The position numbers and the translations under genes were made by a program. 64,000 nt of DNA, from assembly GCA_964608455.1 (NCBI GenBank), contig CAZSNM010000004.1, forward strand, positions 1,623-65,622, given 5' to 3'. This DNA is from an uncultured Candidatus Bathyarchaeia archaeon (lineage in GTDB: Archaea; Thermoproteota; Bathyarchaeia; 40CM-2-53-6; DTDX01). Position 1 is the first letter of the stretch, and every line of letters starts with the position of its first letter. Below the pieces are notes generated by a model. That model worked only from the letters and a program-made list of their open reading frames with translations, was not told the origin of the DNA and made no database searches. Shown one piece after another: positions 27,694-37,496 of the stretch.

Positions 27694-28755
27694 ATGAACA
27701 AATTTGAAAATAGAGTTAGAAAACTTCAAAGTTTAATGCTTGAAAAAAATATTGATGGTGTTATGATTAGAAGTTTACCTAGCTTCAGATACTTCACTGG
27801 AGTTGGTTGGTGGCAACCATCCCTTTATATTCCAGCTTCAAACGATCCAATAATATTTGTTTTTGAAGATGAAATTGAAGAAATTAAAGAAAAAACTTGG
27901 ATTAAAAATATTATAGGATATAGAAGTGTTGAAGAATTGATGAAGAATGTTGTAGCAGTAATTAAAGATAGTAAAGCTAAAACTTTAGGTTTTGATTTAG
28001 ATATAGATGCTTCAGCAACTCTTTACCAAATGTTTCTTTATATGCATAGTGATAAAAAAATTGTTGATGCACATAATTTAATAATGGAGCTAAGAATCGT
28101 AAAAGATTCTGAAGAGATTCAATTTATAAGAAAAGCTTCAGAAATAGCTAGTGAAGCTTTAAAAACAGCTTTAAATTCAGTGAAGCCAGGTATTACTGAA
28201 ACAGAAGTGGCTGGAGAAGCTATTTATAAAGCTAGAAAAATGGGCGCTGAATCCATTCATATTTATGTTAACTCTGGAAAACCTAGAATTCATGCTCATC
28301 CAAGAAATAAAAAAATCTCCTCTGGAGATACAGTTATGATTGATGTCATGCCTAGCTATGAAGGGTATTATTCTGATAAAGCAGATACAATATTTGTCGA
28401 ACCTGTTGATGAGAAGAAAAAGAAAGCATATAAAGCATTTCAAGAAGCTATTGAAAAATGCTTTGAAATGTTAAAGCCAGGTATATGCATAAAGGATGTT
28501 GAGGATCAAGCTAGAAAAATATATGAAAAATATGATTTAATGAAATATTATGTATATGGTTTTGGGCATGGTGTAGGACTTAGATTTGAAGAGGATCCAA
28601 TAACAACAATAATTGTAGCCCATAGATTAATGAAACTTAAAGAAAATATGATTTTAAATTTAGGACATGCTCCTTTATCAGGATTAGAGATAGGTGCAAT
28701 AAAAATTGAGGAAACATATTTAATCGGGAAGGAAAAAACTGAAAAGCTTACTTAA
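27694..28755 (+). CDS. pepQ: M24 family Xaa-Pro peptidase
   Basis: Creatinase-like N-domain plus pita-bread fold metal ligands (DVMPSYEGYYSD, GHGVGL, LGH, IEET). Confidence 0.8.
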   Translation: MNKFENRVRKLQSLMLEKNIDGVMIRSLPSFRYFTGVGWWQPSLYIPASNDPIIFVFEDEIEEIKEKTWIKNIIGYRSVEELMKNVVAVIKDSKAKTLGFDLDIDASATLYQMFLYMHSDKKIVDAHNLIMELRIVKDSEEIQFIRKASEIASEALKTALNSVKPGITETEVAGEAIYKARKMGAESIHIYVNSGKPRIHAHPRNKKISSGDTVMIDVMPSYEGYYSDKADTIFVEPVDEKKKKAYKAFQEAIEKCFEMLKPGICIKDVEDQARKIYEKYDLMKYYVYGFGHGVGLRFEEDPITTIIVAHRLMKLKENMILNLGHAPLSGLEIGAIKIEETYLIGKEKTEKLT

Positions 28756-29131
28756 GTTTCTCTCTTAATTTCTCACTTAAACTTTTTAATTCTCCACTCT
28801 CTAAAACTCTAATTTCAGTTTTTAACCTAACATTTAATCCTAATCTTCTGAAAAATAGAAGAAGCTGCTCTCCACTTATAGATTCTTTTATTTTACCTTC
28901 ATTAATTAATTGAGCAAGCCACTCTCCAATCTTTTTTGTTAATTCAGGATATTGAGATTGAGCAGCTTGAAAAACCTCCCATGCTCTTCCAATAAATACT
29001 TTATTTAAGGTTTCTTCAACGTTAATTTTTTTATCTTGACTTTTTTCTTTAAGTTTTTCAGCCATAAGTTTCTTTTGAAGTTCTGCAAGTTTTTTTCTTC
29101 TTAAAAGTTCTATTGTTAAATCTTCAGACAA
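28748..29131 (-). CDS. PDCD5/TFAR19-like DNA-binding protein paralog
   Basis: The N-terminus LLRRKKLAELQKKL and the overall helix pattern parallel the canonical copy at 31769-32110, but the sequence is more divergent. Confidence 0.45.
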   Translation of the reverse strand: MSEDLTIELLRRKKLAELQKKLMAEKLKEKSQDKKINVEETLNKVFIGRAWEVFQAAQSQYPELTKKIGEWLAQLINEGKIKESISGEQLLLFFRRLGLNVRLKTEIRVLESGELKSLSEKLREKLK

Positions 29132-29235
29132 GCTTCTTCATCTCCATAAAATATAAAAAAGGTTAAAAACAGTTTTATAAGTTAAGCGATTAAAACATTG
29201 TTTTTAAACTTAAAAGTTAAAAGAGGAAGCATTTA

Positions 29236-30546
29236 ATGAAGCTTAAAGGACTACTTTTAATCTCGTTATTTTTAACAGTATTAACTATTCAACCTTTATC
29301 AATTAAAGCTTTAAGTTTGAATGAAAGAGTAGAAGCTGCAGCTAATTGGATTTTAACTAGAAAAATTGTAAAAATTAACAGTTTTTTAACTATTAACGAA
29401 AATAAATCATATGTTGAAGAAAATGCGTTAATAATTTTAGCTTTAACACTTTACCATAAAACTTTTACTTCTAATCGTTATGATAAAGAAATTAATGAAG
29501 CATTAAACTTCATTTTATCCTCCCAAGATGCCTCTAAAAAAGATTTTCATCAATATTATGATTTAGAAAGGAATGAATGGGGGCCTTCAGGAAAACCTTT
29601 TTATTGGAATGCTCATATTATAGAAGCTGTTTCATATGCTGCTTTTCAAATGAGATACTATGGAAACTTAAATGAATCTGAATTAATATATTGGAATCAA
29701 GCAATTTCTTCAATTAACTCTTTTTTAAACATTTTAGAAAAAAATCAAGAAAATGATGGAGGTTGGATTTTTGAATATGAAAATACATGTGAAGCAAGGC
29801 TTTCTGAAAATAGCGCATTATTAACAGGTTTGCTTTATCTAGCTCTTTATGAGCATTTTTGGGGTGATGAAATAAAAGCTTTAAAATACACTAGTTTAGT
29901 GGAAAAAACTTTAGATTGGATATTAAATTTGCAGGAAGTCAATCCTGAAAGCTGGGGATACGGTGGTTTTTATCAAACTAAAGAAAGAAAACTTCAAGAT
30001 GCTTATTCAAATGCTAAAGCTGTTTTTGCTTTAAACAGTTATTTAAGAGTTATTCCATCTTTAAAGGAAGATTTTAAACCTAAATACTATAAGGTTCGAG
30101 AAGCTTTAACGCTTTGGGTTAAAGAATTTATTGAAAAAATGATTGATGAATATTATGGTGTTTATAACGCTAGAAGTGTGCTTGGTATAATTAGATATCC
30201 TAAAAGTGTAGCTTCAGCTTCATTAATGATAAATGCATTAGTTGAAACTTGGATTGATATGGGAGATTTAAAATATAGAGATTTAGCTGGTAAGCTTCTT
30301 AAATGGCTTATTGGAGAAAATGAATTTAAAAAGGATTTGCAATCTTTTCAAGGAGGTTTTTATACAGAAATTCAAAAAACTCAAGTGTCAACTCAATTAA
30401 GTTTAACAACAACAGCTTTAGCTCTTTCAGCTTTAATAAATTGCATTCTAGTAGATATTTTCGAAATACATTTTATTCAACCAATTCTGATATTAACATT
30501 ATTAATAATAACACTTTTCATGAAGAGAAAAAAAGTTAAAAATTGA
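29236..30546 (+). CDS. Secreted, C-terminally anchored alpha/alpha-toroid (prenyltransferase/terpene-cyclase-repeat-like) protein
   Basis: Signal-like N-terminus; recurring W-I-L..Q...GG-W/F repeats (ANWILT, LNFILSSQD, NDGGWIFE, LDWILNLQE, YGGFYQ); C-terminal TM followed by KRKKVKN. Confidence 0.35.
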   Translation: MKLKGLLLISLFLTVLTIQPLSIKALSLNERVEAAANWILTRKIVKINSFLTINENKSYVEENALIILALTLYHKTFTSNRYDKEINEALNFILSSQDASKKDFHQYYDLERNEWGPSGKPFYWNAHIIEAVSYAAFQMRYYGNLNESELIYWNQAISSINSFLNILEKNQENDGGWIFEYENTCEARLSENSALLTGLLYLALYEHFWGDEIKALKYTSLVEKTLDWILNLQEVNPESWGYGGFYQTKERKLQDAYSNAKAVFALNSYLRVIPSLKEDFKPKYYKVREALTLWVKEFIEKMIDEYYGVYNARSVLGIIRYPKSVASASLMINALVETWIDMGDLKYRDLAGKLLKWLIGENEFKKDLQSFQGGFYTEIQKTQVSTQLSLTTTALALSALINCILVDIFEIHFIQPILILTLLIITLFMKRKKVKN

Positions 30547-31222
30547 TTCCTAAAGCTAACTCGCAACCATAAATTACTCTAGCGGCTATAATCCAAGCTT
30601 CTAAAGCTTCATTATAAACTTTAACTTTTTCATCAGATGCTTTTAAAACTTCTTCAGAAAAATGATTGTGAGGAAAACCACCAACTAAAACAATTGGATT
30701 CTCCTCTTTAACAATGCTTTCGCAAACCTTTTGAAGAATAATTGGTTTACCGAGCGTTGTAAAAGCTATAACTTTAGAGGGTTTTATCTCTTTAATTAAC
30801 TCTAAAATATTTTGATCTTTTAAAGTTAATAAAGGATCTCCTTTAGGCGGAACCTTTTTAAATTCATAAAGCTGTTCTATTAAACCTATAAACCTATTAT
30901 AATTTTTAGGTAATCTTACTTTACTGTTAACATCTATAACTTTATCTTGAATTGTATGCACATAAACTTTAACCATCCCTTTTCTATTTAAGGGGGAACC
31001 TAAAATATTTAGTAAAGTAAAGTGAACTATATCTGGTCTACCACGTTTAAAAGCATTTGGTAAATTACGCATAGCAGTATGATGAATTGATCTGTCTAAA
31101 AGCATTTGTTCAGGTTTCTTTCCTCTTTTTTTAGCGTAATTTAAAATTGCTGGATGATTAATTAAAGATTTTGGAATAAGCTCTAAAGCTGATTCAGCTA
31201 AAATAAAATTTAAAATCTTCAT
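30536..31222 (-). CDS. nep1: rRNA small-subunit pseudouridine methyltransferase Nep1 (EMG1)
   Basis: The SPOUT-fold Nep1 signature DRSIHH...GRPDIVHFTLL, at about 228 aa. Confidence 0.85.
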   Translation of the reverse strand: MKILNFILAESALELIPKSLINHPAILNYAKKRGKKPEQMLLDRSIHHTAMRNLPNAFKRGRPDIVHFTLLNILGSPLNRKGMVKVYVHTIQDKVIDVNSKVRLPKNYNRFIGLIEQLYEFKKVPPKGDPLLTLKDQNILELIKEIKPSKVIAFTTLGKPIILQKVCESIVKEENPIVLVGGFPHNHFSEEVLKASDEKVKVYNEALEAWIIAARVIYGCELALGINF

Positions 31223-31281
31223 TTTATTAAATAAACTTAATCTTAACTTTAAAAATTTTATGAAGTTTTGGATGAAATATA

Positions 31282-31623
31282 TTGAGTTGGAAAATTATTG
31301 AAAAGGAAATAGCTAAAGAAAGAATTGAAATACTATTTGATTTAACTAGAAAAATTTTTAATTCTAATCCTAAACTTGCTAACCGTTACATTCAATTAAT
31401 GAGAAAAATAGCTATGAAAGCTAGAGTTAAAATTCCATTAAAATACAAGCTTTTTATATGCAAAAAATGTAATTCTCTCCTTATACCTGGAAAAAACTGT
31501 AGAGTTAGAATTAAAAGTGAAAAAGGAACAAAAGTAACTTTTACATGTTTAAACTGCAACTCTATAAAAAGATATCCTGTTGTTAAAGAAAAAACCATTA
31601 AAAATTCGATTAAATTAAGCTAA
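31282..31623 (+). CDS. rnp4: RNase P protein component 4 (Rpp21)
   Basis: LANRYIQLMRKIAMK followed by a zinc ribbon, CKKC...CLNC. Confidence 0.8.
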   Translation: MSWKIIEKEIAKERIEILFDLTRKIFNSNPKLANRYIQLMRKIAMKARVKIPLKYKLFICKKCNSLLIPGKNCRVRIKSEKGTKVTFTCLNCNSIKRYPVVKEKTIKNSIKLS

Positions 31624-31768
31624 ACATTAAAATAGCTGCCCATCTTTAATTCTTGATAAAAAATTTAAGCAAGCAACTAAATTTAATAGATTTAAAACCT
31701 TTATTCAAGAAGCCTAAATATTTAATTTAATGTTAACTCTCTTCAATATTTAAGAGGAAAGCTGAAGA

Positions 31769-32110
31769 ATGAGTGAAGAGATTGATGCTGAAGAGCTTGA
31801 ATTAATAAAAAGAAGAAAACTTGCTCAACTTCAAAAAGCTTTAATTGAAGAGCAAAGAAAAGCAGAGCTAAAACAGCAGTTAGAAATCAAAAAACAAGAG
31901 ATTTTAAGGCAGATTTTAACAACTGAAGCTAGACAAAGATTAGCTAATATAAAAATGGTTAAACCAGAATTTGCAGAACAATTAGAGCTTCAATTAATTC
32001 AAATAGCTCAAACCGGAAGAATTCCTCTTCCAATAAATGATGAACAATTAAAAATGATTTTAGCAAAAATTCACTCTAAAAAAAGAGAATTTAAAATAAG
32101 GAGAATTTAA
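31769..32110 (+). CDS. DNA-binding protein PDCD5/TFAR19 homolog (COG2118)
   Basis: [37 protein letters not shown] is the family core. Confidence 0.8.
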   Translation: MSEEIDAEELELIKRRKLAQLQKALIEEQRKAELKQQLEIKKQEILRQILTTEARQRLANIKMVKPEFAEQLELQLIQIAQTGRIPLPINDEQLKMILAKIHSKKREFKIRRI

Positions 32111-32168
32111 ATTAATCTTAATTAAAAAATTAAGTAAGGATAATTATGAAAAAAATGGAGGAATAATT

Positions 32169-32324
32169 TTGGCTAGAAATAAACCAACTGCCAGAAAAAG
32201 ACGTTTAATTAAAGCTTCTAAAAGGGCTAAGGCTGTTCCAACATGGGTTATTGCTAAAACTCTTGGTCATGTACGCTCTTCTCCAAAAAGAAGGCATTGG
32301 AGAAGATCAAAATTAAGGGTTTAA
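32169..32324 (+). CDS. rpl39e: 50S ribosomal protein L39e
   Basis: Absent from the ORF track because it is under 60 aa. My translation is (TTG)[50 protein letters not shown], which matches the L39e consensus. It sits upstream of rpl31e, as is usual in archaea. Confidence 0.85.
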   Translation: MARNKPTARKRRLIKASKRAKAVPTWVIAKTLGHVRSSPKRRHWRRSKLRV

Positions 32325-32338
32325 GGAGATGAAAAATT

Positions 32339-32653
32339 TTGGCTTTAAATGAGGAAGAAAAAATAGAAAAACCTGAAGAGAAAGAAATTGAAGTTGTCGA
32401 AGAGCGCTTATATACCTTAAATTTAAGAAAAGTTTTTATTACGCCTAGAAAAAAAAGAGCTGCAAGAGCTATTAGATTTATTAAAGAATTTATTAAAAGA
32501 CATATGAAGCCTGAAGAAGTTTTAATAAGCAATGAAGTAAATGAAAAGGTTTGGGCTAAAGGAGCAGAAAAACCGCCGAGAAAAATTAAAATTAAAGCGG
32601 TTAAGGATAAAGAAGGGAAAGTTACTGTTTTTTTACCTCAAGAAAAAGCTTAA
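32339..32653 (+). CDS. rpl31e: 50S ribosomal protein L31e
   Basis: YTLNLRK...PRKKRAARAIRFIKEFIKRHM...NEKVWAKGAEKPPRKIKIK. Confidence 0.9.
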   Translation: MALNEEEKIEKPEEKEIEVVEERLYTLNLRKVFITPRKKRAARAIRFIKEFIKRHMKPEEVLISNEVNEKVWAKGAEKPPRKIKIKAVKDKEGKVTVFLPQEKA

Positions 32654-32774
32654 CCCAAATTCTACTTTACTATATAATGAAAATTAATTTCAATTCATTT
32701 TTTAAAATAATTAAGAACGGTTAAGGTAAACATTCATTTATTGCTTTATTTTTATTTAAAAATAAGGAGGAGCG

Positions 32775-33443
32775 TTGTTGAGCGTGATTATTGATGATGT
32801 TTTAGGAAATCCAAACATAGGTGTTTACTGCCTATCAAATGAGGAGATTCTTTTAGTGCCCCCCGGCCTTTCAAAAAGAAAATTGGAAAGATTTGAAGAT
32901 TGTCTTAAAGTTAAAGCATATTCTGTAAGCATAAGCGGTTCTATATTAATTGGCGTTTTAGTTGCAGCCAACTCTAAAGGCATGATTGTTCCTTATACAA
33001 TTAAAGATAGTGAGTTAAAGGTTTTAAAGGAAATGTTGGATTTAAATATTTTTTCTCCTAAAGTTAAATGGACTGCTTTTGGAAACCTAATTTTAGTAAA
33101 TGATTTTGGTGCAATTGTTGCTCCAAACTTTCCAAAAAATTTGATTAAAAAATTAAGTGATTATCTTGGAGTTGAAGTTGCCTTAAGTAGGATTAATGGG
33201 TTACCTTATGTCGGCTCTTTGGCTGTAGCTACAAACAAGGGGGTTTTAGCTAATCCATTTATAAAAGAGGAAGAAAAAAAGATTATTGAAGAAACTTTAA
33301 AGGTTCCAGTTTTCACAGGAACCGTAAATAATGGTGTTTTACTTCCAAAATCTGGAATTTTAGCAAATAGTAAAGGTGCTATTGTAGGTTCATTAACTTC
33401 AGGAAAAGAATTAATGGCTATTACTCAAGCAATGAATGTCTAA
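32775..33443 (+). CDS. eif6: Translation initiation factor 6 (aIF6)
   Basis: The pentein repeat pattern begins GNPNIGVY. GGAGG lies at 32766-32770, 4 nt upstream of the TTG start. Confidence 0.9.
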   Translation: MLSVIIDDVLGNPNIGVYCLSNEEILLVPPGLSKRKLERFEDCLKVKAYSVSISGSILIGVLVAANSKGMIVPYTIKDSELKVLKEMLDLNIFSPKVKWTAFGNLILVNDFGAIVAPNFPKNLIKKLSDYLGVEVALSRINGLPYVGSLAVATNKGVLANPFIKEEEKKIIEETLKVPVFTGTVNNGVLLPKSGILANSKGAIVGSLTSGKELMAITQAMNV

Positions 33444-33455
33444 GAGGTGATTTAA

Positions 33456-33668
33456 ATGCATGAAAATAAAACTTCAAACTCTTTAGAAGTAAAAAACTTT
33501 AGAGTTTATGGTGAAATTAAAAAGGGAAAATTTAGAATGCCTTTTAATAAAGTTGTTAAAGCTTTGAAAATTAAGGATGCTTTAGAAAAAATTTATTGCG
33601 AATTTGGCAGTAAACATAGAGCTAAAAGGTTTGAAGTGAAAATAATTAATATAGAGCAAAAGGATTAA
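33456..33668 (+). CDS. rplX: 50S ribosomal protein LX (L18Ae family)
   Basis: FRVYGEIKKGKFRMPFNKVVKA...GSKHRAKRFEVKI. Conserved position between aIF6 and prefoldin alpha. Confidence 0.8.
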   Translation: MHENKTSNSLEVKNFRVYGEIKKGKFRMPFNKVVKALKIKDALEKIYCEFGSKHRAKRFEVKIINIEQKD

Positions 33669-33671
33669 AAG

Positions 33672-34115
33672 TTGGAGGAAATATTTATGTCTAAAGAAAC
33701 TGAAGAAACATTGCGGCGGCTTTTAATTGAAAATAGGCTTTTAGAAACTTCCATAGCAGTTATTCAATCTAAATTAAAAATTGTTAATTCTTCTTTAACA
33801 GAAATTCTTTTGGCAAGCTCAACTTTAGAGGGAATTAAAGGTAAACCTAAAGGCTCTAAAATTTTAGTTCCAATTGGAGCAGGTTCATTCATAAGAGCCG
33901 AATTAGCTGATTCAGAAAAAATAATAATGGGTATTGGAGCTGGAGCTTCCATAGAAAAAAGTTTTGAAGAATCTATTCAAGAATTAAAAAATAGGCAGGC
34001 TGAGCTTGAACAAATTAGAGCATCTCTTCAACAACAGTTAATTCAAGCTACCTCTCAATTGGAAGAGAAACGTAAAGCTCTTTCAGCTTTGATTCAAGCG
34101 CAAAAAGGAGCATAA
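33672..34115 (+). CDS. pfdA: Prefoldin alpha subunit
   Basis: Two coiled-coil arms flank the beta-hairpin region ILVPIGAGSFIRAEL. The ATG at 33687 is the likelier start. Confidence 0.8.
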   Translation: MEEIFMSKETEETLRRLLIENRLLETSIAVIQSKLKIVNSSLTEILLASSTLEGIKGKPKGSKILVPIGAGSFIRAELADSEKIIMGIGAGASIEKSFEESIQELKNRQAELEQIRASLQQQLIQATSQLEEKRKALSALIQAQKGA

Positions 34116-34121
34116 TAAAAC

Positions 34122-35012
34122 TTGTTTGAAAAACTTAAAAATCATATTTCTCTTTTTATAGAGAAAATTTTAAGAAAAGAGAAAAATTTAAATGAGTTTT
34201 TAGAAGAGTTTAAGCTTAATTTAATAGAAAGTGATGTAGCCTATCCAGTAGCTGAACAAATATGCTTAACAATTAAAGCTGAATTAGATAAAATTGATAA
34301 AGCTTCAGATAAGCTTTCAGCAGCAAAAACTATAATTAAAAAAATTTTAGAAGATATTTTATCTGTTGGAGGAAAAATAGATTTAATAAATATTATTGAG
34401 CAGAAAAGAGCGGTTAAGGAACCTACAATTTTATTATTTATGGGTATTAATGGAACTGGAAAAACTACAACAATTGCTAAAACCGCTTATTTTCTTCTTA
34501 AAAAAGGTTATACTGCTGTTTTAGCTTGTAGTGATACTTTTAGAGCTGGAGCAATAGAGCAGTTAGAAGAGCATGCTAAAAAAGTCGGAGTTAAAGTTAT
34601 TAAACATAAGTATGGTAGCGATCCAGCTGCAGCAGCTTTTGATGCTGTAAATTATGCCCGCTCAAAAGGTATAAATGTTGTTTTAATAGATACAGCTGGT
34701 AGAATGCAAACAAATCGGAATCTTCTCGATGAAATGAAAAAAATATCTAGAGTAGCACAACCTGACTTGAAAATTTTAGTTGTTGATGCTTTAACAGCAA
34801 ATGATGCTGTAGAGCAAAGTAAAGTTTTTAATGAAGCTGTTGGAGTAGACGCTGTAATTTTAACTAAATTAGATGCTGATGCAAGGGGAGGTGCTGCTTT
34901 AAGCATAGCTTATACAATAAAAAAACCTATATTATTTCTTGGTGTTGGTCAAAGATATGAAGATTTAACCGTTTTTAACACTTCTTTTATTTTAGATAAA
35001 TTAATTGAGTAG
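34122..35012 (+). CDS. ftsY: Signal recognition particle receptor FtsY
   Basis: SRP GTPase motifs GINGTGKTTT, DTAGR and TKLD, with DARGG. Confidence 0.9.
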   Translation: MFEKLKNHISLFIEKILRKEKNLNEFLEEFKLNLIESDVAYPVAEQICLTIKAELDKIDKASDKLSAAKTIIKKILEDILSVGGKIDLINIIEQKRAVKEPTILLFMGINGTGKTTTIAKTAYFLLKKGYTAVLACSDTFRAGAIEQLEEHAKKVGVKVIKHKYGSDPAAAAFDAVNYARSKGINVVLIDTAGRMQTNRNLLDEMKKISRVAQPDLKILVVDALTANDAVEQSKVFNEAVGVDAVILTKLDADARGGAALSIAYTIKKPILFLGVGQRYEDLTVFNTSFILDKLIE

Positions 35013-35025
35013 GAGAAAAATTTAA

Positions 35026-35952
35026 ATGAAAAAAAATTTTAAAGGAAGAGATTTCTTAACACTTCAAGAATTTTCTCCTAAAGAAATATGGACAATTCTA
35101 AAGTTATCTAAACAGTTAAAAAAAAGCGGTAAACCATTAATTAAATTGAAAGGAAAAATTTTGGCTATGATTTTTCAAAAACCTTCTACACGAACTAGAG
35201 TTTCTTTCGAAGTTGCTATGAAACAGCTTGGAGGAGATGCCCTATATTTAAGCTGGAATGAGCTTCAATTAGGACGTGGTGAAACAATAGCTGATACAGC
35301 TAGGGTTCTTAGCAGGTATGTAGATGGAATAATGGCTAGGGTTTATGCTCAATCAGATTTAGAAGAATTAGCTGAATATGCAACTGTTCCAGTTATTAAT
35401 GGACTTTCAGATTTATGTCATCCAATTCAAACTTTAGCAGATTTATTTACTATTTGGGAAAAGAAAGGAAGAATAGAAAATTTAAAAGTTGCTTATATAG
35501 GTGATGGAAACAATGTTTGTAATAGCCTTTTAATAGGTTGCTCCAAAATTGGAATAAATCTTTCAATAGCATGTCCTGAAGGATATGAACCTAATGAAAA
35601 ATTTATAAGTTTAGCCTTAAAAAATGCTGAGAAATCAGGCTCTCAAATTGAGATTCTTAGAGAACCTTTAAAAGCTGTTGAAAATGCTGATTTTATATAT
35701 ACTGATGTTATAGTTAGCATGGGTCAAGAAGCTGAGCGAGATAAAAAACTGAGAGCTTTCCTTCCAAAATATCAAGTTACAAGCGAACTTTTAAAATTAG
35801 CAGCTAAAAACGTTTATTTTATGCATCCTTTACCATGTCATAGAGGTGAAGAAGTAACAAGCGATGTTATAGATGGACCAAACTCTATAGTTTGGGATCA
35901 AGCTGAAAATAGGCTTCATACAACAAAAGCCTTACTAAGTTTAATTCTTTAA
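35026..35952 (+). CDS. argF: Ornithine carbamoyltransferase
   Basis: The carbamoyl-phosphate site STRTR, DVIVSMG and HPLPCHRGEE. At 308 aa with the SMG motif, OTC is favoured over ATCase. Confidence 0.75.
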   Translation: MKKNFKGRDFLTLQEFSPKEIWTILKLSKQLKKSGKPLIKLKGKILAMIFQKPSTRTRVSFEVAMKQLGGDALYLSWNELQLGRGETIADTARVLSRYVDGIMARVYAQSDLEELAEYATVPVINGLSDLCHPIQTLADLFTIWEKKGRIENLKVAYIGDGNNVCNSLLIGCSKIGINLSIACPEGYEPNEKFISLALKNAEKSGSQIEILREPLKAVENADFIYTDVIVSMGQEAERDKKLRAFLPKYQVTSELLKLAAKNVYFMHPLPCHRGEEVTSDVIDGPNSIVWDQAENRLHTTKALLSLIL

Positions 35953-35969
35953 AAAGAGTGTGATAAAAA

Positions 35970-36770
35970 TTGGTTGTTTTAATTGTAGCTTCAAAAAAAG
36001 ATTCAGCTGCATTAAACATAGCTGAAAAATTAATAAATAATTATGGGTTTGTAAAGGAAGATAAAAACTTATATAAAGGAGAGAAAGAAATTCTAGTTTT
36101 TACTGAAGAAGATAGTCTTTATTCTGAAAATTTAGATAAAATTTTTAATCCTGAAGCTATTGTTTTCGCCTCTAGACATAGCGCTGAAACTGAAAAACCA
36201 ACGTTAACCGTTCATGTTTCAGGAAACTTAACTTCAGAAGCTGCTTATGGTGGTAAACCTGAAGAGCTTGCTATAGCCGATCCAAAAAGAATGAAAGCAG
36301 CTTTATTAACTTTAAAAATGAAGAGAGATGAATTAAATTTAATAGAATTTGATGTTTCTTTAGAGGCAACCCATCATGGACCAACAAGCATGAATTGTCC
36401 AGTTTTATTTATTGAAATTGGAAGTTCAATCAATGAATGGAGTAACTCTAAAGCTGGTTTAGTTGCAGCTGAAGCTGTTATCGCTGCTTGCAGAAGAACA
36501 ATTAATGGTGAAAATTGCGTGGGATTCGGAGGCGGTCATTATGCTAGAAAACATACAAAAGCTGTTTTAGAATCAAATTTAGCTGTTGGACATATTTTTC
36601 CAAAATTTTTCTTTGAAAAGCCTAATTTGCAAATAGTTAGAAAAGCTTTTGAAAGAACTGTTAAACCTTGCAGAAAAGCTTTAATAGATTGGAAAGGATT
36701 GCGAAGCTTAGAACGCAATCAACTGCTTGATTTTTTATCAACCATCAATATAGAGGCAATAAAGGTTTAA
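35970..36770 (+). CDS. dtdA: Archaeal D-aminoacyl-tRNA deacylase (DtdA type)
   Basis: SRHSAETEKPTLTVHVSGN...EATHHGP matches the DtdA family architecture. Confidence 0.75.
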   Translation: MVVLIVASKKDSAALNIAEKLINNYGFVKEDKNLYKGEKEILVFTEEDSLYSENLDKIFNPEAIVFASRHSAETEKPTLTVHVSGNLTSEAAYGGKPEELAIADPKRMKAALLTLKMKRDELNLIEFDVSLEATHHGPTSMNCPVLFIEIGSSINEWSNSKAGLVAAEAVIAACRRTINGENCVGFGGGHYARKHTKAVLESNLAVGHIFPKFFFEKPNLQIVRKAFERTVKPCRKALIDWKGLRSLERNQLLDFLSTINIEAIKV

Positions 36771-36807
36771 AAGTTCCTTTTTAAAAGAATTAAATTCATT
36801 AATTTAG

Positions 36808-36996
36808 GTGAAGAAAAATTTGAATGTTAAAGAGCTTTTAGCCTCTATAAATAAGCTTCTTAAAATTACAACTAAACCAACTCAAAAAGAAATTTTTCTG
36901 CTTATTAAAGTTTCTTTGCTTGGAGCAGCTTTAATAGGCGGAGTAGGATTTATAATAAAGGTTTTATTTTGGATTGTGGGTTTAGCTTCACGATAA
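36808..36996 (+). CDS. secE: Protein translocase subunit SecE (Sec61 gamma)
   Basis: 62 aa with a single C-terminal TM helix, located directly upstream of spt5. GTG start. Confidence 0.8.
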   Translation: MKKNLNVKELLASINKLLKITTKPTQKEIFLLIKVSLLGAALIGGVGFIIKVLFWIVGLASR

Positions 36997-37013
36997 AATA
37001 AAAGGAGATTAAT

Positions 37014-37496
37014 TTGAATAAAAAAATGAAAATTTATAGTGTTAAAACCACAACTGGACAAGAAGAAACAGTAGCAAACTTTATAGCTTCAAAAGCTTTA
37101 GCTAAAAACCTTTCTATAGCTAGCATTTTAGTGCCTGAAGCTATAAAAGGATATGTTTTTGTTGAAGCTTCAGCTCCACATATAGTTGATGAAGCAACTT
37201 CAGGTATTAAGCATGCTAAAGGAAGAATTAAAGGTGAAACTCCATTATCTGAATTAGATAAGTTTTTAATTGTGAAACCAATTATAGAGGAAATTAATAT
37301 TGACGATATAGTTGAAGTTATAAGCGGTCCATTTAAAGGTTTAAAAGCTAAAGTAACTAATGTAGATAAAAGCAAAGGAGAAATAACCATAGAGCTTCTT
37401 GAAGAGGGATTTACGATTTTACCAATAACTGTTCATGCTGATTATGTTAAGCTTGTAGAAAGGGGTGGAGAAGTTGTCGGAGAAAAAAGTGATTGA
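37014..37496 (+). CDS. spt5: Transcription elongation factor Spt5 (NusG)
   Basis: NGN domain IYSVKTTTGQEE and KOW motif ISGPFKGLKAKV. The ATG at 37026 is an alternative start. Confidence 0.9.
   Translation: MNKKMKIYSVKTTTGQEETVANFIASKALAKNLSIASILVPEAIKGYVFVEASAPHIVDEATSGIKHAKGRIKGETPLSELDKFLIVKPIIEEINIDDIVEVISGPFKGLKAKVTNVDKSKGEITIELLEEGFTILPITVHADYVKLVERGGEVVGEKSD

Noticed and set aside
32254-32532. 92-aa minus-strand ORF
   Set aside because: It overlaps both rpl39e and rpl31e, which have clear family sequences on the + strand. The antisense product is low-complexity (Ser/Phe/Leu/Ile-rich).
37034-37390. 118-aa antisense ORF inside spt5
   Set aside because: The + strand encodes a clear NGN/KOW Spt5. 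Long antisense ORFs are expected where sense codons are A/T-rich and rarely create antisense stops.
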